Below are positions 25,661-36,553 of a DNA stretch of 64,000 nucleotides, piece after piece. The notes below the pieces were generated by a model. That model was not told the DNA's origin, searched no databases, and saw only the letters and a list, made by a program, of their open reading frames with translations. The translations under genes were made by a program, and so were the position numbers. The stretch's first letter is position 1. Each line of letters begins with the position of its first letter. Origin of the DNA: Octopus sinensis (Eukaryota); assembly GCF_006345805.1 (NCBI RefSeq), contig NC_042998.1, positions 107,446,001 to 107,510,000 on the forward strand, in the 5' to 3' direction.

Positions 25661-28600
25661 GCGCCCTTTGACAAATTTTCTCTCCAAGAAACCTACACCA
25701 CCCTTCATCTCTTTAACTGCAGCTTTTCTTCTTAAGTCTACTGATCTTTCTCACAACCTAGAAGCATTTAAATTGATATCCATCATACTTAATACTGTCC
25801 TATCCAACCACATCTTTGACCCTCCTCCTATCCATTAAATCACCCCAGCTTTACCATGTTTCTCAATCTCTGTTCATGCTAGACTTTCCCTCCCTCTTGC
25901 AACTTATCCATCCATTTACCAATTCTCTCTCTCTAATCTTTCCGTCTACTGAACCAGCATTACCATCCTGCTACTCTTTCTTACTATGCATCACTGGTCA
26001 CCTCTTATCTACTGTTTACTACATCTACCCTTCAACACTATTCAATCTTCCAGTTGTCATCTACACTTCACTATCTCCCCTTATCTAACCATTCACTGTT
26101 TATTCATTATATTTACCCTATCACCAATTCCCCATCGCTAACCATATCCTACTATTCAACACTCTTGCAGTTACTCTGCTCCCATTCATTTCCACTTATC
26201 TTGTACCTGGTCCACACAGATATCTCGTCACTACATTTCTTTCTTGATAACTCCTACCTTTCTTCTAAAATATGAATGGCCACATGGCTCTGGTGCCTTC
26301 TCTCACATATTAACCCCTTTTCTCTTAGGAAAAGCTGCTTCTTTTAGGGTTTATAGTCTTGCAAGCTGCATAATGACCCCACTAGTGCTGGTGGCACAAA
26401 AAAAGCACTCAGTACACAATGTACAGTGGTTGGCATTAGGATGAACATCCAGATGCAGAAGCCATGCTTAAGTAAACAGAGGAGCACAATGCAGTCTTTG
26501 GACCCATCAGATCTTGTCTAACTGTCCAATCCATGCCAACATGGAACATAGGCATCAAATAATGATGCCAGTATAAACTCCAAAATCTAATAATACAAAG
26601 CATTTTGTTTGTGAATGAAAATAATTTGTAACTGAAAGAAATACCTGATGTTTTTACCAAATTCCAAATGATTATTTGTAACTTTTAAAAATTCAGAAAC
26701 TGAAAGAAAATTGTTACACAGGAGAGTAATGTAAAATTTTTTTGTGTATAAAAGCATGAAAAGTGAAGTTTAGCATTGTACCTTGTCCCTTTAAAGTTTA
26801 CTACTTAATCAATGCCTAACAAAGGAAAGGGGAAAAGGCAACAGATTACACATCACTTCATAAGTGGTTGAAATTTATTTGGAAGATACCAAGTGTAACC
26901 TTACAGAGTACACCTAAAAACTTGAAAGCATACTCAAACTGATCCTGTACAATCAAGAAACTTTTCTGTTACAGGTAACATGTAAAATGAATATGGAGTA
27001 AACACAAACATATAGCGTGCATTGTTTTTGCAAAGAAGCCTACTAAAGCTATGGATCAAACCTTCTTTTGGTGGGCTCCTTTAGAAAACTTAAGCACATT
27101 GTGTATGTATGTTTATATACAAATTTTAACAAAAGTTTTATACTTAGAATGTATAAACAGGCATACTTGTATACATACATACACACTTTCCAGAGTTTAA
27201 TATCATTACCCATGTAAGCATTCTCTTTCAGTTTCTGAATTTTCAATAAATCATCGCATTAAAAATATATTTTTTGCAAATAATCTGGAATGTGAGGGAA
27301 AATCAGATATCCTGTTTCATTTATCACTTTATTCAAAGACAAAATGTTTGTTATTGAGCATCTCAGTGTTTACTGCCTGAAATAGAAATTTGTCAAATTG
27401 AAAAAAGCTGTACAAAAATATATGCAAGCTCTTCAAGAAAAAGACATAGTACTGACACTGCAGAACTACAGAGGACAAACAGCTGCTTTAATTTACTTAA
27501 CAACTCACTTCAGATTAGTGTATAATTTTCTATATTAGGTGACTACTTATTTATGTTTATGTAACTGTGCTACCTGAGTGTGAAGATCAAAAAGTGAATA
27601 CATAATATAGCTGTCATGCTATGACATGTACAATCATAAAAAATATTATAAGGATATATTGTTGCATTATACTGAATGGTATTTTCCAATATTGAACAAT
27701 GAAAAATACTTTTACAATCTCTCTGAATCCTGATGTCTTAATATACGTTTTTTTATATTCTGTAACTGAAACCCCAGTTATTGCACCTACTGAGATATAA
27801 GCACATTTACTATATTAAGATTCTCTATACATCACTTTCAGATATAATAAACCATTATGGTCTATTTTATGGAAAACATTTACAATATACCCCTAGCACA
27901 TAAACAATTTTTGTGCATACCTGGGTATGTTGCTTCTGAAATAGCTTACCAATAAATTTCATGAGACAAAGCAAAAAAGCCAGGGAATAACATTTTTGTG
28001 ATGTTTGTATGTCTACGACAGTTACTAACCACATGCACAACACTGCTTTTAACATAAGCATTAAAAAAACCCTAAATCTTTTTTTTTTTACAATGTTACC
28101 AATTTTTTCAACAATCTGACAAGTAAATAACACAAGCATTTGAATAAACAAGCTTGTTACAAGATGCCAAAAGTTAAACAACTTCCAAATTAACCATTTT
28201 GCTAACAAAATACCATGTTGCCATCATCATCATCATCATCATCATCATTTAACGTCCGCTTTCCATGCTAGCATGGGTTGGACGGGTTGCCATATGTTAC
28301 CAAAATACTTGTACATATCAAAATTCCAATGTAAATCATGTAATTATGTTAAAAGAATCATACTATCATTAGGCAAACACTAACGGTGGCCAACAGTTAT
28401 ACAAAATAATATAAACTTTAGATTTATTAATAAGGCTATTGGCAGAGAAAGCAATGATTTCCAGAAAGAGAATAGGGCGAAAACCTTTCAAAAATTTTGG
28501 AAGAAATGGAGTTCACTCAGTCATCTCCATTGGCTATTTACTTTTGTTTATTCCAATTTATATGTTCCATGTAATAAATGCAGAGATTAATTGCTACAAA

Positions 28601-28922
28601 AACTGGGATATTATTTTTACGTGATGTTTAAGAACACAGATGAAGTGTTTGTTGGATTGTTTGCACCTGGTTGATCAGAACATACAATCCAAATCATGCC
28701 AGCAATGCTCATCCAATCAATTTAGGAGTATGAAAGACTACTTTTTCTCAGCACTAAAATTGGAGACAAAGTAAAAGTTCAAATGAAATTGATAAAAGTT
28801 TTCCAGTTTTGTCAAGTTGCTATGTATAATTTTCTATATTAGGTGACCACTTCTTTATGTTTATGCAACTGTTTGTGAAAGATCAACATTCCCAAAACAG
28901 TGAAATATAGAGACATTCTTAC

Positions 28923-29357
28923 CTCCTTCTTATAGGACGGCGCCCTGGTGGAGAACGTCTATTATTTGGATTAGGTGAAGCTGATCCAATCCATTTTCTC
29001 TGATTTGGGCTTATTCTTCTTCTGAAAGAGCTGATAGGCCTAGGTGAAATAGTTCTTTTCTTACGAGGAGAGGGACTACGTCGCCTCCATGGAGATGGAC
29101 TATGTCGTCTCCTTGGTGAAGGACTCCTCCGCTTTCGTGGTGATGGACTCCTCCTTTTCCTAGGTGAGCTACGAGGTTTTCTTGGAGATGGGCTCCTCCT
29201 TTTACGGGGAGGAGAACTGTGCTTTTTTCTTGGTGATACTGACCTCTTCCAGTAAGGTGGACTTCTCTTTTTTTCAGGAGAAATAGTGCGTCTCTGGGGA
29301 GATTTATGAGGTGAGTTATACTTATGGGATTTTGGCGATCTATGCCGTGAAGGAGAT
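28923..29357 (-). CDS. SRRM1: SRRM1 exon 8 (RRSPSP repeats)
   Basis: ttttctcag|...|gtaaga, 435 nt, phase 2/2; lies within ORF 28919..29407. Confidence 0.93.
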
Positions 29358-29457
29358 CTGAGAAAAGAAAATGATATGTTTTGCTTAAAAGATTCTTCAG
29401 ATAACATTATATAAAAACTTCATAAATTCATATTCAAGAGGAAAACACAACCGTTAC

Positions 29458-29643
29458 CTGCTTTGAGAACGTGATCGACGTCGATATTTTGGACTTTTAG
29501 AATGACTTTTATCTCGTCTTTCAGGAGATGAAGATCTAGATTTTCTATCTTTCTTGGTCACTTCTTTCTTTACAGTGACTTTCTCCTCGCCCTTTTTTTT
29601 ATTGTCAAGATTCTTTATATTTTCTTTCTCAGCATCTTCATTG
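29458..29643 (-). CDS. SRRM1: SRRM1 exon 7 (K/E- and RS-rich)
   Basis: aaaatag|...|gtaacg, 186 nt, phase 2/2, open frame. Confidence 0.88.
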
Positions 29644-29846
29644 CTATTTTGAATTGAAAGAATTTATAATAAAAGCAATTAACATAAGTAGAAAGGATTA
29701 TTAAAATTTGCTATTTTAAATTTTACATGCACACAATGATGAAAGTGTAAAACAATTGTATGATCTAGGTGATAGTTAATTGTTGAGTATACCATCAATC
29801 AATTTTTTAAAGAAAATAGAAAACTGGAATTTTCAATTTTACTTAC

Positions 29847-30011
29847 ATATCAATTATATCTAGCTTTGGTTCCAAAGGTCTGGGTTCCTCTTTACTGCCA
29901 GGGGAACTAGCTGAAATCAACTTTGGTGATTTTGAATCAATTGAAGGTCGTTGTGGAGATCTAGACTGACTGCTGTCTTTTGATGACCTACTCCTGGATG
30001 AGCTTCTTGAC
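29847..30011 (-). CDS. SRRM1: SRRM1 exon 6 (RS-rich)
   Basis: tctctag|...|gtaagt, 165 nt, phase 2/2; SRSSSRSRSS. Confidence 0.9.
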
Positions 30012-30960
30012 CTAGAGATGAAAAAAATTCCAGCAAAGATTGAGTATAAATTGTTTCTTAATCTACCAACACCAATTATTATTAAACCAACACAGTGTGG
30101 CTGCAGCCTGGGAACAAGCTTTTATTGTAATCAATAAAGAATTAGCCAATGGCATAAGTTGGTTAGACAATTAGAAAATAAATCATCATCCTTTAACATT
30201 TGCTTTCTATGTTAGCATGGGTTGCACCAAGTTCCAGTCTGATTTGGCTTGGTTTCTGCAGCTGAATGCTCTTCCAAACCACTTTACAATGTGTGTAAAT
30301 GAATATGAAAATTGCGAAAACAAAGACTGCAGGAATAATTCCAAGAAAGTAATTCTAATAAATTTTCATCAAGCTATTTGTATGCTACCCATGCTATGTC
30401 TTCCCAGAAAAATATATGTTTAGCTATTGAAAATAATCATTAAGCCTTTCATGACCTGTTGAAATCAAACAAGTATAGCAGTGACAAGATATGCACCACC
30501 AAACTTTTATCTGGTACATTACAATAAATGATGCCTAATATTTGTTGACAGTGGCCAAAAAACATGTCAGAAAGATCGGACACTTCAGCACAATGCTGTG
30601 TTAAAACAACAATAATATACATCACCATCTATTCATGAGGAATTAGTATTGCATATACCAATAAAATTCCATGAGCTCAGTCATCACAATTTACTTATTT
30701 AGTTGCACTAAAAAATAAACTGGATAATTTATTTTTTTGAGGATGTTGGTAGAAAGGAGGAACAAAGTCTATTCTTTTATTTGTTTCAGTCATTTGACTG
30801 TGGCAATATTGGAGCACCACCTTTTAGCCGAGGAAATCAACCTCAGGACTTATTCTTTGTAAGTCTGGTACTTATTCTATTGGTCTCTTTTGAGGAACTG
30901 CTAAGTTATGGGGATGTAAATACAGAACAAAGACACACACATAAAATATATACATATATA

Positions 30961-31113
30961 TGACGAGCTTCTTTCAGTTTCTGTCTTCCAAATCTACTCA
31001 CAAGGCTTTGGTCAGCCTGAGGATATAGTTGAAGGCACTTTCCCAAGGTGCCACACAGTGGGACTGAACCTGGAATCATGTGGTTGGGAAGCAAGCTTCT
31101 TACTACACAGCCA
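30961..31113 (-). mobile_element. tRNA-derived SINE, representative of a family also at ~700, 34.8k, 35.7k, 41.5k and 57.2k
   Basis: Minus strand ggctgtgtagtaagaagcttgcttcccaacc...ggttcagtccc...ggcaccttgggaaagtg. Confidence 0.85.
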
Positions 31114-31169
31114 TGCTTACGCTTATAGCAATTAAAAAAAAAATACAAATGGAAAATGCAGATGCTCAC

Positions 31170-31279
31170 CTATCTTGAGACCTGTGGTCTCTTCTGTCAC
31201 CATCGTGACGGTCTTTATTAATGTCTTTCATATGTTCTTCTTGCTTTCTTAAACCAGCTTGAATCCGTTCCTGTTCAGC
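31170..31279 (-). CDS. SRRM1: SRRM1 exon 5 (AEQERIQAGLRKQEEH...)
   Basis: ccactag|...|gtgagc, 110 nt, phase 0/2, open frame. Confidence 0.9.
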
Positions 31280-31469
31280 CTAGTGGAATGGGAAAAGGTT
31301 AAATCAGGATTTATTTACCATCTTTATTTTGAAAGTAAAATAAATATGCATGGTTAAACTGTGCTTGTAGATCCAACAAAATTGGTTCTAGAAAGGAACC
31401 AACTAATAAGTGTGTTCTGATAAATCTGATAAACATGGCAACAGAGAAAGTAAGCATGAATGCACCTAC

Positions 31470-31643
31470 CTGACGTTTCTTTATTTCTTCCTTTTTTTGT
31501 TCAAGGAATTTTGTTGGAATTCCACTAACATTATCCTGCGCGCTTATTAACAGATCCCACAATTCTTGCATAAAAATCCGGGCATTTTTGGGGTTCAGGA
31601 ATCCAGTAAGATTAATTTGAATATCCTTTGGATCTGGCTGTTG
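31470..31643 (-). CDS. SRRM1: SRRM1 exon 4, PWI domain C-terminal half (QQPDPKDIQINLTGFLNPKNARIFMQELWDLLISAQ...KKRQ)
   Basis: ccatag|...|gtaggt, 174 nt; QINLTGFL and ELW.LL.SAQ motifs; an alternative acceptor lies 6 nt downstream. Confidence 0.95.
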
Positions 31644-33911
31644 CTATGGAGTTATAGAATAAAAAAACTTAAACAATAATTGTTATACTGAAATCAAGAG
31701 GCCATTACCTGCATGACAATCAAATAATAAAATAAAGAAGCTACAATGAGCAAGTTCAAGTTTTCTTCAGAGTTTAAGGGATAATATACTTAGCTTATTC
31801 CAAGTAAAAGAAAAAAAAAACTGTGAGAAGTCCTTGCTGGACAATAACTCAAATATATTAAAATCACTGTATATACAAGTAGACACTAATCACAATAGTG
31901 TTTTAGCTTTTCAAATGATATATTCTTAACTAACGGTCAAAATATTTATTTTGAGAGAAGCAGTTGAATTTAAAATATAAACTACTGCTTCATTCCAACT
32001 GACATCAATTAATAAAATACAGCTAAGCTGTGGGGTTCTAAAAAATGTAGGCTGGACATTTGGATGCTTTAACCACCGCTGAAAAATACCTGAATGCTAC
32101 AGAAATGCAAACATTACTAGTCCTACAAACATTTCTTTAATACTTAACGAATAATATAATATATAAATATATATATGAACTAGCTCACATGTAGAAAAAA
32201 AGAAAAAAAAAAACTAAAATGGTCAGAACAAAAAGTAAAAATAATTTTGCCTGAAATCTAAAATAGTAATCCTGTTCATATCCTAAATACAATATTCAGC
32301 TACATTCAAATGACAGTGATATAATTATAGATATAAAAGCCTAGCCTAAAATATAAAATTTCAGATGAAAATAGAAGATACACTTAAAAAATTATCCTAG
32401 AGCCACATAAGAAAATAGAAACCAATATTGAAAATACATATGCTATTGTATATAGTAGGCACATATACTACTGCATAAAACCTTAAAGTGATGAATCAAG
32501 GAAGACACTACTAAGCAGTCACTAAAACCTGCTGTAGCTTAATCTCCCTAAAAATATACCATCTTTAACAATGGAAGGCCCTATAAGATAATGTAGTCAT
32601 AAAAACACTTAAGACAGGATAGTCACTACAATGCTTTTGACCCGAAGCATGTCTGCTTGATCAGTGATGACCAGGGAAAGGTTAAACAAAACTTTTAAAA
32701 CTGAGAAGCCATAAACATACACAAACACACAGTAAGAAAATTATACAATAACTTAGGTATTTGTATAATGTAAGTGGATTCAATTCAACTAATAGGTCAC
32801 ATTTTATAAAATTTGTCAATGTATCATTGCTAAATCTAATAAATCATAAAACAACAATTAGCAGTGCTCAGCATTAAGTAAACATGTAAATAAAATAACA
32901 TACTTTATTCTAAAGGAATATAAAATATGCAAATTATACAAATATTATATTTGCATATTCCTAACACCAACTACTTTACTAAGTACATTAAAATTTTTGG
33001 TGTTAACAGGGAGCATCCAGCCTTAGAAACCATATCAATATGAAACTTAGAGGTAGTCCTCTAATCCATCTAAGAAGGCAGTAACTTAAAAATAATAACT
33101 GTGATGACCCAACCCATGCCAGCATTAAATGCTGATGATTTATAACTTGTTTCCATACAGGATCTAAAGTAAATTTAGAAGTCCTTATAGAAAACTGACT
33201 TTCCAGACTATTCCAAAATCACAACTCAATACCACCACCCCCTAACCAATGAAACATGCTCATTTTTCTGAAGTCCCTCACACATAACAGTTCCTGTTCA
33301 CTAGCAGATAATATTTGTGTGTAAATGCTATGCTAATGTTACTATTTAAGGGGAGAAGATAAGAGTAGTGTGCAACAAATTACCATAAATGATGCAAGAG
33401 GAACAAAGGTCAAGAGAAACACATACCACGGTTGAGAATGTCTTAAAATGTCCCGACCATGTGGTTTATACCACCTTTGAGAGAAAGGTTGTTGCTCATC
33501 GATGGCAGCGACGACCAATAGCATCCAGCCGACATAATAGTAAGAAATTAATCCTGCAAGTGAGCAGCTTTGCCAGGACTTTGACGGGACAGGGAAGGCG
33601 TTTATAATTTGATCATCTCTAATTGTGAGAGGAAACAGCCAAACATCAGTACATTACCATAAACAACCAGAAACATATAAATACAGATATGATATAAATA
33701 CATTATAGAATTCAGTAGATTCTATATATACAAATGATTATACAGTTTATACGATAAAGAACAACATTATGAAATCTATTATAAGAAATGCATGTACACA
33801 AGTCACATATCAATTTTACATGTCAAATAATTCATTCAATTAAATGTTATCTACTAATATTACATGCATGTGATAAATATATAACAAGAACAAACCGTTA
33901 AAAGCACTTAC

Positions 33912-34034
33912 TTTGTCTTCAAGTTGATTATATACAAATTCAACAATAACATCATCCTCAATCCCTAAAAGTTCAGTGATTCTCTGGGAAATCCATGGTT
34001 TTAGAGTTTCTACATTCACTTTATTCATATCAAC
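33912..34034 (-). CDS. SRRM1: SRRM1 exon 3, PWI domain (VDMNKVNVETLKPWISQRITELLGIEDDVIVEFVYNQLEDK)
   Basis: ttttag|...|gtaagt, 123 nt; contains the PWI signature. Confidence 0.97.
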
Positions 34035-35278
34035 CTAAAATTATAGAAATAATTATTATATTAATAAATGCTTGATCCAACAAGACAACAACCAATACAA
34101 ATAACAGTAATACTTTTTAAATGTTTTTATCACATTTTAAAGATATGTGAAGAATCATTTCATTATATGAATGCTCTTGATTGTTGAAAAAAAATCTTTT
34201 TAATAAAATTATCAATATCAACAAGATCTAATGAAGGTAGAACAAACTGTCTAATCAAATAGAAAAATAACATTTGAAAGTAAACTTTTGAAGATATTTT
34301 TTTAATCTGCTTTTAAAATCTGTAAACAAATTTTTACTCATCAGTTTCCAATAATATATACATTACCAAAAGTTCCTGGCGGTCATTTATAGTGGATTAA
34401 TGGCCTTAAAGAGAAATTATATACCATTATACAATTCTATACCAAATTTTGAATTTAATTTGAGAGAGAGAAAAGAAAGGAAAACAGGAACTAATTTATC
34501 AACCATTGATATGAAGGTATTACTGTTCTATATATCATGTTAACATTTTTTCATGTTTGCAGGGATCAAATAAAATTCATTGAGGAAGATTTTCTCATTA
34601 CAAGATCCATTCCTGTTGCAAACATCACCTGTTTCATGCAAATGACAGTTTGTTGTTTTTATGACTGACATTTGTTTACAATCAGAGAACAATGTCAAGA
34701 CAACACGTGTTTGTGTATATAATGTACACATTCATAATTAGCTTTTTTTCAATTTGTCAAATTCACTTGCAAGGCTTGAGCTATAGTAGAAGGCACTTGC
34801 CCGAGATTCCACAGTGAGGCTGAAATCAAAACTATGTGGTTGCAAAGTGAACTTCTTAACCACACAGCCTGTGCTTATGTAAATATCATTTGCACTATCA
34901 TTGTAGAAAATTGAGTTGTTAGACTTTCTTTTCTAGTTTTGTCATATTCCAAGAAATAGCTAATTTTTCATTGAATGTTGCTTTTAATGCCAGAATATGA
35001 TGATACTATCAAGAGATAGGTAGGAATCATACCTACTGACCATATAACAATAGCTAGATTGACTAAACCAAATATAAATACAAGCTTTACTTAGCACTGC
35101 TTTAAGTAAAATTTAACGAATAATCTTTAGTACAAAAATTCTTAAGAGTTTTCCACCCAAATGACATGCTTTATGAAGACAGAAAATTGTTTGATAACTG
35201 TCAAGTTTAGTCAACCTAAAGTAAACTGCTGTTTTAAGATCATAATTTTACCTTTATGTGTAAAACAAAATTATTTAC

Positions 35279-35368
35279 CTTTTTCTCCAATCCATCTGCG
35301 AACTTCATTGATTTCAAAAGTTTTTTCTTTTTATCAGCAAACCGATTGTCCTGCTCTGCAGTGGTTCC
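35279..35368 (-). CDS. SRRM1: SRRM1 exon 2 (GTTAEQDNRFADKKKKLLKSMKFADGLEKK)
   Basis: cttgtag|...|gtaaat, 90 nt, phase 0/0; closely matches SRm160 GTSAEQDNRFSNKQKKLLKQLKF. Confidence 0.96.
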
Positions 35369-36284
35369 CTACAAGTGAAGAAAAATTTCATATTATTTAT
35401 TAGGAAAATGGTTGAGGTAAATAAAATTAAAAACAGATAATTTCATCATTATCATTTAACATCCAGTTTTCTCATGCATGAATCAGAGTTTTTACAGCCA
35501 GATCTCCTTCCCGTCACCAACCCTCACCTGATTCCAGACATGTTCTCAGAATATTGGAAATGAATAATTCTGCTTGTATGACAGTGACGCCCATTTACAA
35601 CTATTATGCAATGTTGAGAGACAAACACACACATACATGATGGACTTCTTTCATTTTCTGTCTACCAAATCCACTAACAAGGCTTTGGGCAGCCTGAAAC
35701 TATAGTAGAAGACACTTGCAACTGAACCTGGAACCATGTAGTTGGGAAGTGAACAGCCTACTACACAACCACAACTGTGCCCATCATATTGCTTCAATTT
35801 TATACACTAAGTCTGCAGCATTTTTTGAAAGCCTTTATAACCAGAAATTAGAATCTTTACTTAAAAGTAGGAATAGTGAAATATACAGAACTTTGTATGA
35901 AACCAGAGTTAAACAGTAAAGTTGTAAACAAGCTCAAACTCGCTGAAACAAATATGCACTACATTTTATTTGTGGGCAATCTCAAAGATAGAAAACTAAA
36001 TTCAGATGGGTGACCGAGGACTTGATCTGCTAGAAATAGCATCCAAATTTCCTTCAAACGACCATCACCTGATAAAGAAGGAAACAGTGAATAATGAAAT
36101 GTTAACCACAGCACACCACTGCGGGGAAGAAGTGGTTACATCTTGAATGCTTTAGAGTGTAAAGTCTACTCAATCATGGTTAACCCAGAAGCTAAACAGC
36201 AACTAAATGCAATGAAAAAACACTTGTATATTAATAATTGGGTATTCTACCAGCAGTATATTGGATAGCTATTATATTTCTTGG

Positions 36285-36289
<5 letters not shown>

Positions 36290-36321
<32 letters not shown>

Positions 36322-36326
36322 CATAT

Positions 36327-36382
<56 letters not shown>

Positions 36383-36402
36383 ATATGTGCATATATATAT
36401 AT
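36290..36402. repeat. (TA)n-rich microsatellite
   Basis: Directly visible. Confidence 0.95.
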
Positions 36403-36455
36403 TTCAATGGGTGAATGAATTATCCTATGTTTACCGTTAACATGGAAAATTCAAT

Positions 36456-36553
36456 ATTCTCTTTCTTTCCTGATGAGAAGATTGCATCTTACACCGTTTA
36501 TTCCTTTGGAATAAAACCGTGTTGTCTTTGAAACATGTCGAAAGTAAAAGAAT
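36456..36553 (+). ncRNA. Type I minimal hammerhead ribozyme motif, Penelope/retrozyme type
   Basis: Stem I (12 of 14 bp), CTGATGA 36470-36476, extended stem II, GAAAC 36530-36534, AT, GTC 36537-36539. Confidence 0.8.

Noticed and set aside
28810-28890. H/ACA snoRNA-like hairpin ending in ACA on the minus strand
   Set aside because: No valid ANANNA H box, and the duplicate at 27.5 kb lacks the ACA end
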